Of a stretch of 64,000 bases of DNA, positions 1 to 8,527 are shown one piece after another; position 1 is the stretch's first letter, and each line of letters begins with the position of its first letter. Made by a program: the position numbers and the translations under genes. The notes beneath the pieces were generated by a model that was not told the DNA's origin, did no database searches, and saw only the letters and a program-made list of their open reading frames with translations. Location: contig JBBSYL010000010.1 in the NCBI GenBank assembly GCA_038045265.1, forward strand, positions 582 through 64,581, given 5' to 3'. Source of the stretch: Nanobdellota archaeon (GTDB taxonomy: Archaea; Nanobdellota; Nanobdellia; Pacearchaeales; GW2011-AR1).

Positions 1-103
1 TTTCCCGACGATGGACATTAAGGCACTCATTAAAGTTAACATCGTAAGCAAGAAAATGATATTCGGGTGATTTATAAAGCTTGTGGTGAAATGCGAAGAA
101 AAA

Positions 104-688
104 TTATCTCAATTTTTGTTCGAGCTTTTTATATCCTAAATATATCAACAAGATTAAAACAATTCCTACTGCAATCAATTTAAAATATTTATTAAGTGTT
201 GTCCAATAATCTGTTGTATAGGCTAGAGACCATAGAACTATTAAGACTCCTCCGCCCATAATTCCAGAACCGATGCCTTCCATATTCCAAAAAAATGACC
301 CTGCGATTATAGAAAGAATTGCAATAACTATTAAAATATAAAAACTATTTCTAGAATGTTTATAATTATCTGATGTAATTTCTTTGGATTCTACACATTT
401 CTGCTGATCTTCCTGACATTTCTGATATTCTGAAGAGGCGTAAACTTGATTATAACAACTTTGATTATAGGATGGTTCCCGTGGTTTTTCCGGCGCTCCA
501 AGATCAGAAGTGGAAACATTTGTGTAGCATTTATTCACCATATTTTCACATCCATATTGCGCGTAGCATTCTGAAGAGTCCACATAACCATAGGATGGCT
601 TTTCATAGACAACGTATAAACCATATGAAAAGAAAACTGTAAGCAAGACAGCTATCCCAATTGCTAAGAATGTTTTTGCTAAACTCAT
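104..688 (-). CDS. Hypothetical membrane protein with Cys-rich extracellular loop
   Basis: One N-terminal and three C-terminal hydrophobic helices, with six Cys in the loop; TATA-like ATTTAAAT about 23 nt upstream. Confidence 0.8.
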   Translation of the reverse strand: MSLAKTFLAIGIAVLLTVFFSYGLYVVYEKPSYGYVDSSECYAQYGCENMVNKCYTNVSTSDLGAPEKPREPSYNQSCYNQVYASSEYQKCQEDQQKCVESKEITSDNYKHSRNSFYILIVIAILSIIAGSFFWNMEGIGSGIMGGGVLIVLWSLAYTTDYWTTLNKYFKLIAVGIVLILLIYLGYKKLEQKLR

Positions 689-775
689 ACCTGCTATAAG
701 AAGACGAGTTATTTAAATGTTATTTAATAATCAGTATAATAATTCTTAAATAATCTCATCAAACTTAAAAATTAG

Positions 776-1420
776 ATGAATGAAGAGAAAAAATCTTGGA
801 GCGATTATGAACAGAACGATAAAGATAGAGAAGCACAGAAACAATTAGAATTTCATTTAAAATATGCAATGATAGTTATGCCTAATCTTTTAGCCCTTCC
901 AAGAATTAATCTTCCAAAATTGGATATATTTGTTCGTCCAATATTTTTTCCTTTCTTGATTTTAAATGAAATAGATAGAGAAGGTACAATATTAATTGAG
1001 TACTCTCAGGGCGAAGATGAGTTATGCCGATTTGAGTTAGCTCATGAAATAGGACATTTTTTCCATATGAATATTGCAAATGCACATCCTCCGGAAAGAA
1101 AAGGCAGGATAACTGAGAGAAAATACAGAATTCACAACTTCTATGAGTTTGGTGCTGAAATGTTTGCTCTTAGATATATAGAACATTTAGGAAATCTTGA
1201 GAGGTATTTACAAATAGATGAAGAATCGCATACAAAAAATTCCAGGCCTGGAAGTTCTCCTGATGTATATAGGAAAACAAGTCTATTCTATTTGTCTTTG
1301 TCTCTAGCCGAGAGAAATGGTATAACAAGATGGGCAATAACTGAGGACTACGAAGGATACAAAAAAGATATGGGAAAACATCCTCTTGCAAAACAAATTA
1401 GAGATATCGTTAATGATTAA
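776..1420 (+). CDS. HEXXH metallopeptidase-like protein (ImmA/IrrE/DUF955-like)
   Basis: RFELAHEIGHFF motif followed by a downstream E..AE.FA helix. Confidence 0.55.
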   Translation: MNEEKKSWSDYEQNDKDREAQKQLEFHLKYAMIVMPNLLALPRINLPKLDIFVRPIFFPFLILNEIDREGTILIEYSQGEDELCRFELAHEIGHFFHMNIANAHPPERKGRITERKYRIHNFYEFGAEMFALRYIEHLGNLERYLQIDEESHTKNSRPGSSPDVYRKTSLFYLSLSLAERNGITRWAITEDYEGYKKDMGKHPLAKQIRDIVND

Positions 1421-1421
1421 T

Positions 1422-1607
1422 TTATAGTCTAAAATTATACTTAGCTACATGAAGCTGTGAGTTAATTATTACATTCTGCTGTTTGCTCCATTCTTTATCA
1501 GATGTTGATTTCATATATTTAACCCAGAATTTTATAAAATTCCTTCTATCCTCTTCATTTGTTTCTCCAGGCTTCATAAAAATTCTTTTATTTTTTTCCA
1601 TATCCAT
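1422..1607 (-). CDS. Small hypothetical protein, partner of the nucleotidyltransferase
   Basis: About 61-aa ORF (MDMEKNK...) overlapping the end of the upstream NTase gene; start codon uncertain (1607 or 1628). Confidence 0.6.
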   Translation of the reverse strand: MDMEKNKRIFMKPGETNEEDRRNFIKFWVKYMKSTSDKEWSKQQNVIINSQLHVAKYNFRL

Positions 1608-2184
1608 GTTTTCTCTTCCTTTCTTCAATGAGCAATTTGTATTTATTAATCTTGCTAAAGTCTATCTTATCTTTGAAGTATTCTTCTATATGCAAAGCAT
1701 CTTCCTCATCTTTCTTTGAACCTAGATAGTAGTTTTTGAAAGCTATGTGTCTCTCTAGAGAAGATATTTTTATGTCTCCTATAGAAAGCTCTACTGTAAT
1801 AAAATCGCTAAATGCTTCTTCATCCAATTTGTCCTTTGGAAACTTGACTTCAAAATTTGGGGCATAAGTGTTAATTTTTGCAAATCTTATAGCCAGTTTA
1901 TCGGTTAAATAGCTATATATTTCATTATCTTTTTCCGCATTCAAACACCAAAAATTGCTTTCTTTCAATTCTTTGTGAAGACTTGATAGCTCCTCCTTAG
2001 AAAGAGGTTTAATAAAAACATCAATATCTTCTGTGGATCTTGTTCTTCCAAGCAAAATTGATACATATCCAGAGATTACAACATATTCTGTATATTTTTC
2101 AAGTATTCTTAAAAATTCAACTGCAAATATGTCAAGTTCGCTTGGTATCCTATCAAGAATAATCTTATTGTTTTTTAATTCCAT
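1588..2184 (-). CDS. Pol-beta superfamily nucleotidyltransferase (AbiEii/DUF6036-like)
   Basis: YVVISGY...GRTRSTEDIDVF motif and C-terminal K...KD..D; start moved to ATG 2184 to avoid overlap with rps2. Confidence 0.7.
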   Translation of the reverse strand: MELKNNKIILDRIPSELDIFAVEFLRILEKYTEYVVISGYVSILLGRTRSTEDIDVFIKPLSKEELSSLHKELKESNFWCLNAEKDNEIYSYLTDKLAIRFAKINTYAPNFEVKFPKDKLDEEAFSDFITVELSIGDIKISSLERHIAFKNYYLGSKKDEEDALHIEEYFKDKIDFSKINKYKLLIEERKRKHGYGKK

Positions 2185-2245
2185 ATAGTTTAAAGTCATT
2201 GGCAATATAAATAATCTTCTGACTATTGTTCGATAGAAACAAATG

Positions 2246-3184
2246 TCATTTAGGCGGAACAAGATTATCCCAGCCATCAATGAAATCTTGAATAGGTGGA
2301 ACATCTACATGCAATTTTCTTTTTTCTACATATAATTTTGTAAGAAGATAGAAAATAATTCCAAGAGATTTTGCAGATTTATTATTTCCAGGAATTATTT
2401 GTGATATTCCTGCAGTGAAATTGTTTGTGTCACATACAGATAAAACATCTACTCCAATTCTATTTGCGTCCTGTAATGCGTTCTTATCAAGCCAAGAATC
2501 GCAGATAAATATTAAATTTGCTTCTGTAAAGTTTTCAAGATTTGTATTTGTAAGTATTCCTGAAGGATATTTCTTTGTGAAAACTCTTACTCCTGTAACT
2601 TCAGCGAATTTGTTTACTGCCTTCCAGCCAGCTTCTCTTTTACATATAAGAATAATTTCTTCTGGAGAAAACTTTGCAAGGTATTCTGCTCCTTCCTTTA
2701 ATTTATCATCTAATAAAGCAGTATTGAAAACTGCAAGACCATCAGCTCTTCTTCTATAAACGTATTTTCTCATGTCTGGAGTAATAACTCTTGTTCCCAA
2801 ATGGATTGATGATTTTAGATAATCTTCTATTGGAACTAATGTGTCTTTCTTCTCATCCTCTTCTGACCTGACCTTTTTCTTTAAATCTATATCTTTTGTT
2901 CCTTCTACTTTTCCCTCTAGTTTCTTTGCCTTTTCAAGAAGTTTTGCAAGTTTTGCTTTTCTATCGTCTCCAGCAGACTTATCTTTATCTGTTTTCTTCA
3001 CCTTCTTTTCTTTGCCCTCAATGAATTCTTCTACTTCCTTCTCTAATTTTTTCGCACCCTTCTCTACCTTTTCAACCATTTCTTCAGCATCTTTCTCTAT
3101 TTCTTTAACAGCATGTTCTACTACATGCTCTGCTTTCTCAAGGAAAGATTCTTTCTTCTTTGTTGTTTTTTTGTTCTCTGCCAT
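2246..3184 (-). CDS. rps2: 30S ribosomal protein uS2 with long charged N-terminal extension
   Basis: HLGTRVITPDMRKYVYRRRADGL, CDTNN and PGNNKS motifs of archaeal uS2. Confidence 0.95.
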   Translation of the reverse strand: MAENKKTTKKKESFLEKAEHVVEHAVKEIEKDAEEMVEKVEKGAKKLEKEVEEFIEGKEKKVKKTDKDKSAGDDRKAKLAKLLEKAKKLEGKVEGTKDIDLKKKVRSEEDEKKDTLVPIEDYLKSSIHLGTRVITPDMRKYVYRRRADGLAVFNTALLDDKLKEGAEYLAKFSPEEIILICKREAGWKAVNKFAEVTGVRVFTKKYPSGILTNTNLENFTEANLIFICDSWLDKNALQDANRIGVDVLSVCDTNNFTAGISQIIPGNNKSAKSLGIIFYLLTKLYVEKRKLHVDVPPIQDFIDGWDNLVPPK

Positions 3185-3318
3185 TTTTTCTTGTCCTATG
3201 TAATTTTTATATAAACAGCGCAGGGGTTTTGTCCAAGTTGTTTCAGTTGGTACCTGCTAATATCTAAAGTGATGAAGAAAGGGGTTTTTAAAGATTTGGA
3301 TTACTGCTAAATTAAATT

Positions 3319-3507
3319 TTATCCATATCTGTCTTCGTAGAAACTTGTTGCACCATAACATGATAATCTTCCTAAAGCATCGTCTCTATCCACGCCATTC
3401 TCTCCTTCAAGGGATTTTCCTCCAAATCTTATATCGCTTGCTAATTTGTCTAATTTCTTTTTATCACCCTCTGCTAATAATCTCCTTACTTCTTCTGTAT
3501 CTACCAT
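3319..3507 (-). CDS. Small orphan protein
   Basis: ORF starting MVDTEE with TATA-like TTTTTAAA about 22 nt upstream; alternative start at 3546. Confidence 0.45.
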   Translation of the reverse strand: MVDTEEVRRLLAEGDKKKLDKLASDIRFGGKSLEGENGVDRDDALGRLSCYGATSFYEDRYG

Positions 3508-3542
3508 TATTTTCCTGCAGAACTTTAGTTTAAAAATCTTCC

Positions 3543-4505
3543 TCACCCATAACTAAACCCTGCAATCTTAAATTCAACTTCCGCGAGGTTGCCGTAATCA
3601 CGCACTCCAGATGTTTGTACAAATCTGACATATCTGGCTACTGCGATTTCTGGAAGCTTTTGTGTGATTATTCTTGGATATGTTACTTGAAAGTCTTTCA
3701 TTAGTGTGTCCCAGTCTTTTCTATTGTTGGATATTTCGATGTCCATGATTAATGGGACATCGAACTTACTGAAATACATGTCAAGAGATTTTATGCATTT
3801 CTGATTTCCTAGATCGAATTCAATCCATCTCGGATATGATTCATCTGCGTCTCCAAACCAATTACTTGAAAGGTTTTTATCAATTGCGTTTCTTGCAGGG
3901 AAATCTAAATCCTGGGAACTTGCTGTTGCAGAAATTGGAGATTCGAGAGAATAATCTCCGCATGAAACTGCAAGATTAGACATACCCGCTATTCCTCCTG
4001 ACTTTTCATTTTCTGAGACTCCTGCAAAGAAAGGAGTTCCAGGAGGAGTCGTTGTGCCTCCACCGCCTCCCGAAGGAGAAGTACATACTCCTTCAGAACA
4101 TGAGTATTCACAGGAGAATTCATCTTTTATGCTTACATTATTATTACAGTAATATTCATATAAGATTTTGTCTGTAAAGCAGGAGTCTGTGAAGTTAAGT
4201 TTTGTTCCTGTAGCAAATGTCTGGACTACTTTTCCTTTTGCGAAGTAATTTTTGCCTGAGTCTGAATCTACACATGAAGCAGTATAAGTTTTCTTGGTTT
4301 CATTTTTACTAGTTTCGTTTTTACTTGTGCTATTTACTGGGGGCTCTATTGGAGGTTCATCTCCACCATCCCCATATCCGTAACCGAGATTTTGAAAATT
4401 GAGGGAGACATGTCCGGTTGGTTTTGAAAGTGTTACTTGCAGTATTATAGCTACTATAAGAATAGCAACTAGCAGAAGAATTGTATAAATTTCTCTTTTA
4501 TTCAT
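3543..4505 (-). CDS. Membrane-anchored discoidin (F5/8 type C) domain protein
   Basis: N-terminal TM, CVDSDSG Cys module, ATASS..FPARNAID...WIEFDLG...ARYVRF...LAEVEF. Confidence 0.85.
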   Translation of the reverse strand: MNKREIYTILLLVAILIVAIILQVTLSKPTGHVSLNFQNLGYGYGDGGDEPPIEPPVNSTSKNETSKNETKKTYTASCVDSDSGKNYFAKGKVVQTFATGTKLNFTDSCFTDKILYEYYCNNNVSIKDEFSCEYSCSEGVCTSPSGGGGGTTTPPGTPFFAGVSENEKSGGIAGMSNLAVSCGDYSLESPISATASSQDLDFPARNAIDKNLSSNWFGDADESYPRWIEFDLGNQKCIKSLDMYFSKFDVPLIMDIEISNNRKDWDTLMKDFQVTYPRIITQKLPEIAVARYVRFVQTSGVRDYGNLAEVEFKIAGFSYG

Positions 4506-5352
4506 TTATTATTCCCTCCGGAAAGTCCGCAATATTTAACCTAATTTCTGCAAGAGTTCCAAATTCTCTCTTACCCGAAGTTTCGTAAAGTCTTATATAT
4601 CTTGCTAGAACAGTATCGGGCAATTCTACTCCTATTGTAGTAATATTCTCAAGCACTAGATCTTTCTGAAGGGTCTTCCATCTCACATTATCATTTGAAA
4701 CCTGCAAATCCAGACTTAATGGAAGATCTCTTTTGAATACATATAGATCTGCTTCCCTTATACATTTTCTCTCTCCTAAATCGAAGGCAATCCATTTAGG
4801 ATAGGATTCTGATAACTCTCCAAACCAGTGAGTGTTTGCATCAAAGTCTAAAGTATCTAATGCTGAAAAGTTTCCATAATCGCTAGAAGCAAAAGCATTT
4901 TTTGGAGTGGAAAATTTGTATTCTCCGCAGAATAGGGCTAAATCCTTTGCAATTAAAACTGAAATTTCCTCTTCTTGTGTTAAACAAATACCTTCAAAAC
5001 ATCCAAATTCACAATTTATCTGATTGGCAATGGAATTTTTGTCTTCACAGGAGTATTCCTGCAATCTTCCTGAGTCAAGACAGCTATCTGAAAAGAATTC
5101 AGTCTTGCCTGAATTATATATTATTTTAACATTCCCTTGGGAAAAATAATCTTTTCCTGAATCTGAATCTGTGCAAGATTTAGGAGAATCTTCTCCTTTT
5201 GATATTATTCTGCTACCGTTAAGGTAAATCCCTAGAACTATCAACAGAATAACTATCGCAGAGAGTGTGTAAATAAATGTTTTTTTAAATCTTTTAAAGT
5301 TTAATGGGCTTTTTCTCTCACTTTTCTTTACTGCATGAACCCTCTTTTTCAT
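4498..5352 (-). CDS. Membrane-anchored discoidin (F5/8 type C) domain protein, paralog of 3543-4505
   Basis: N-terminal TM, CTDSDSG module, WIAFDLG...ARYIRL...LAEIRL. Confidence 0.85.
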   Translation of the reverse strand: MKKRVHAVKKSERKSPLNFKRFKKTFIYTLSAIVILLIVLGIYLNGSRIISKGEDSPKSCTDSDSGKDYFSQGNVKIIYNSGKTEFFSDSCLDSGRLQEYSCEDKNSIANQINCEFGCFEGICLTQEEEISVLIAKDLALFCGEYKFSTPKNAFASSDYGNFSALDTLDFDANTHWFGELSESYPKWIAFDLGERKCIREADLYVFKRDLPLSLDLQVSNDNVRWKTLQKDLVLENITTIGVELPDTVLARYIRLYETSGKREFGTLAEIRLNIADFPEGIINE

Positions 5353-5408
5353 TAGTGAAAAAATGGGAAAGTAATATATAAAGATGCCGAAAAGATGTAT
5401 AAAGAAAA

Positions 5409-5786
5409 TTAATTTTCTTCGCTACTTGCTTGATCAGCTACTTCTGTGTCTGTTTCTTCTTCATTTGCAACAAGACCAAGTTGTTCAGCGTCTTCTGCAA
5501 TTTCTTTTTCTACTTCTTTTTCCTTGGCTTCTAATTCCTCATCTGAAACTTTTTCTTCTTTAACTGCTATTAATTTCTCTTTTCTTTTTCTTGGCATAGG
5601 TCTGCTTATTGTTATTGGTAAGGTGTTTTTATTGAACTCAAGCTCTGCTATTTTGAGAGAGTCATATCTCAACTTCTCCATCTCTTCTTTTGAAATCTTA
5701 AGAAGCAATGGTGCATCCATAGCTATCTGCAAAGCACGAGCTCCAATGATTCTTGCTATTTCGTATTTTGTGAATTGGTGTTCCAT
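5409..5786 (-). CDS. rpoK: RNA polymerase subunit K (Rpo6)
   Basis: FTKYEIARIIGARALQIAMDAP; acidic C-terminal tail. Confidence 0.95.
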   Translation of the reverse strand: MEHQFTKYEIARIIGARALQIAMDAPLLLKISKEEMEKLRYDSLKIAELEFNKNTLPITISRPMPRKRKEKLIAVKEEKVSDEELEAKEKEVEKEIAEDAEQLGLVANEEETDTEVADQASSEEN

Positions 5787-5798
5787 AGTGAATAGGAT

Positions 5799-6614
5799 TT
5801 ACAAAAACTTTTTAAGTCTTTCGTTAAGCTCTTTGTACTTTTCAGGGAGTATAGACATCATTTTCTCTATCTCTTCTTGAGTGAATGGTACTGGGCCTGT
5901 TTTTTGGCAGGAGTTTATCATTAGCTTTCCTGACCAGTGTGAAAGACCAAAATTAATTTTTACATCTGTGCTCTCAGCTTCCTCTCTTGTAGGGTCAAGG
6001 AAAATAGCATCTCCAAGCTTGTAGAATGTAATTGAAAGGGGCAAGCAGTCCTTTAGAACAGGGATTTGTTTTTTTGTTCTATTCTTGTAATCCGACACTC
6101 CTGATTCTTTTATACCCGGTATATTTGCATTCCTTATTGCTGCTGTCGCTGCAATGCATGCGGCATCAATTAAATTTCCATCGTCATTAATTGGATAAAG
6201 GTCTACCATAACTGTCCAGACTTTTTCTCCAGGTGTGACAACAAGTTCTTTAAGATTTATCATTCCCGACTCTCTGATTGCTCTATCAACTAATCTTGGA
6301 AGTTCTATCCCATCAAATTTTGGAGGGCCTTGCTCAAATCTTGGAGAAGCTAAAGGCAATAATTCTGCAGAAACCATAAGATTTCCTTTATCTGGTGAAT
6401 CTGGATAAGGTGCATCAAGAACCATTTTTACGCCTGCAATAACTTCAGTTTTTCCAAGCTTGACTCTTGCTGAACCTTCTGCTTTATTCGAGACATCGAA
6501 ACTTACCTCAAATTTTCTAAATTCATCTATCTTCCTTCCGTCAAATCTTTTTCCTTCTGAAAGAAGCTTTCTCATGTGATCTACAGTTATATTTGATGCG
6601 TCCATTGAACTCAT
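5799..6614 (-). CDS. rrp42: Exosome subunit Rrp42
   Basis: RFDGRKIDEFR, AEGSARVKLGKT, PYPDSPDKG, DDGNLIDA. Confidence 0.95.
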   Translation of the reverse strand: MSSMDASNITVDHMRKLLSEGKRFDGRKIDEFRKFEVSFDVSNKAEGSARVKLGKTEVIAGVKMVLDAPYPDSPDKGNLMVSAELLPLASPRFEQGPPKFDGIELPRLVDRAIRESGMINLKELVVTPGEKVWTVMVDLYPINDDGNLIDAACIAATAAIRNANIPGIKESGVSDYKNRTKKQIPVLKDCLPLSITFYKLGDAIFLDPTREEAESTDVKINFGLSHWSGKLMINSCQKTGPVPFTQEEIEKMMSILPEKYKELNERLKKFL

Positions 6615-7309
6615 TGTCCTGCTACCTCCTTAAGAGCTTTTTTCTGTTCTTCATAAACTTCATTACATGCTTTATTGGCAAGTACAAGAGCTTCCTTTAT
6701 TCTCTGTGGGGGAATCTTTCCATCTAATTGAAGAAGAGTAAACTGGTCTGTGTCTGCAATTTTTGCAACAGGTATATCTGATGGTCCTTCTCCACCTTCA
6801 AAATCCTCTTCTGCTTTTGTTAGGTCAACAACTAATTCCTCATCCTGCTTACCTATAGCAACAGAGCATATTAGACTTCTCATAGGTATTCCAGCGTGTG
6901 CTAGAGCCATTGAAGCAGCATTTATTCCTGCTGTTCTTGTTCCTGCATCGGCTTGAGTTATGTAAACTTGAACGTCTATTACTGTATTTGGAAACTCTTT
7001 CAAATCTAAGACAGGCATCAAAGCGTGCTCAATCATCTTTGAAATTTCTTGAGATCTTCTGCTTGGTCCAGGTCTCTTCCTGTCATCTACTGAGAAAGAC
7101 ATCAAGTCATAATTAACTCTCAAAATAGCAGTTTCTGGATTCTGCATGTGTTGTGGATGCAAAAGTCTAGGACCATAAACTGCTGCAATTGCAATTGTGT
7201 CTCCGAATGCAAACATTGCAGAACCATCAGCATTAGGAATTATTCCTACTTTTGCTTTAATTTCTCTGAGCTCATCCACTTTTCTTCCGTCCTTTCTTTT
7301 GAATGTCAT
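6611..7309 (-). CDS. rrp41: Exosome subunit Rrp41
   Basis: RKDGRKVDELR, NADGSA, RPGPSRRS, DAGTR, catalytic ED...D. Confidence 0.95.
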   Translation of the reverse strand: MTFKRKDGRKVDELREIKAKVGIIPNADGSAMFAFGDTIAIAAVYGPRLLHPQHMQNPETAILRVNYDLMSFSVDDRKRPGPSRRSQEISKMIEHALMPVLDLKEFPNTVIDVQVYITQADAGTRTAGINAASMALAHAGIPMRSLICSVAIGKQDEELVVDLTKAEEDFEGGEGPSDIPVAKIADTDQFTLLQLDGKIPPQRIKEALVLANKACNEVYEEQKKALKEVAGQ

Positions 7310-8031
7310 CAGGATAACATCTCCTCGACTTTTTCTGTCAAACCATCAACTGAGACATTTTCTGAAATGAATTCAATTATTTTTCTTGCCTTTATCTCTT
7401 CTTCTGAAGTGTTGCCTTTTATCCAAACCCAGCCATTCTGGCCAATTGTAATATTGCATTGCGTCTTTTCTTTAATCATACCAACCATGCTTCCTTCTCT
7501 GCCTATTACTCTTGGAACGGTGTTTGGGCCTATTCTAAATATGAATCCATGCTCTAATTTTCCTAGTCCTCTTGATTTTATTGATAGATCTATTCCCCTC
7601 TTATTAATTGCCCAGATCTTTGCGACTATTGTGTCTCCAATATCTAAAAATTGAGTCATTTCGCTTTTGTTTATGAAGTGGGGGCATTCTTCTATAGGTA
7701 AAAATGCAGATGATGCATAATCAATATCTAAAACCCAGCCATTAAATGTAACATTGGTAACTCTGCCTATTACAACATTATTCCTTCTTGGAATGAATGC
7801 TCCAGTTATAGCAATTACTTTTATTACTCTTCCAGCTTCCTCCGCTAGACCGAATCTTGAAGCAACAATTTCATTTCCTATACGCCTCGCACCTTCGCTT
7901 GGTAAGTAATCTTCTCCAGAAGCAATGATCTCTCCAGGTACAACTATTTTTCTCTTTTTCTGAACTGATTCAGATAATTCAACATTTTGTTCTTGGGCTT
8001 CGTGTGCCTCTGATAATTTTCTTTCCATCAT
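7309..8031 (-). CDS. rrp4: Exosome RNA-binding subunit Rrp4
   Basis: VVPGE N-terminus, S1 domain, KH domain VPRVIGREGSM, IGQNGWVW. Confidence 0.93.
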   Translation of the reverse strand: MMERKLSEAHEAQEQNVELSESVQKKRKIVVPGEIIASGEDYLPSEGARRIGNEIVASRFGLAEEAGRVIKVIAITGAFIPRRNNVVIGRVTNVTFNGWVLDIDYASSAFLPIEECPHFINKSEMTQFLDIGDTIVAKIWAINKRGIDLSIKSRGLGKLEHGFIFRIGPNTVPRVIGREGSMVGMIKEKTQCNITIGQNGWVWIKGNTSEEEIKARKIIEFISENVSVDGLTEKVEEMLS

Positions 8032-8089
8032 TTTAAACAGACAAGAAGTAATGATAATTTTCCCTTGTCTCTAATCTTTAAAACTTAGA

Positions 8090-8243
8090 CAAATATTGGT
8101 TTATAAAGGTTTTGTTTCAAAACCTTTAAGTTTCATTTCTCACGAAACTTCAACTATAAAGCTTTCAGAGAAAGCTTTAACATTCACTTCTTACGAAGTT
8201 TCATGTATAAAGGTTTTGATTTAGGATAATAAACCAATATTTG
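8090..8243. repeat. 154-bp structured element: 15-bp perfect inverted repeat enclosing two tandem ~52-bp hairpin units
   Basis: caaatattggtttat (8090-8104) pairs with ataaaccaatatttg (8229-8243); four internal hairpins; tataaaggttttg occurs at 8102 and 8206. Confidence 0.8.
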
Positions 8244-8245
8244 AC

Positions 8246-8488
8246 CTATCTTCTCTTTATCTTCTTTAAATTTCTAGCCAGGATGGCCTTTCTTTCCATT
8301 AATCTTGTGACTTTAATTATTCGTTTACCGGATTTACTTGGATTTCTTATTGTCTCTCCCGCTTTTGCTTTGATTATTTTACTTATTAATGTAAGGGGTA
8401 TATTTTCTCCCAACTTTATACTGAGCATTTTATGTAAGCTTCCTTTTCTGTTCTTTCTAATTGCTTTTTGAATCCAGAGTTTTTTCAT
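8246..8488 (-). CDS. Small highly basic hypothetical protein
   Basis: 80 aa with about 26 K/R versus 3 E; own TATA-like element about 23 nt upstream. Confidence 0.75.
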   Translation of the reverse strand: MKKLWIQKAIRKNRKGSLHKMLSIKLGENIPLTLISKIIKAKAGETIRNPSKSGKRIIKVTRLMERKAILARNLKKIKRR

Positions 8489-8527
8489 TGCCTGTCAAAG
8501 AATTAAAGACTTTTATATTTTTTGAGA

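Noticed and set aside
1..70. Possible gene fragment at the window edge (plus frame ending ...KKMIFG* or minus frame starting MLTLMS at 42)
   Set aside because: Too short to choose a strand or assign a product
8090..8243. CRISPR array or tRNA interpretation of the repeat
   Set aside because: No identical repeats with unique spacers, no cas genes, no T-loop or D-loop consensus
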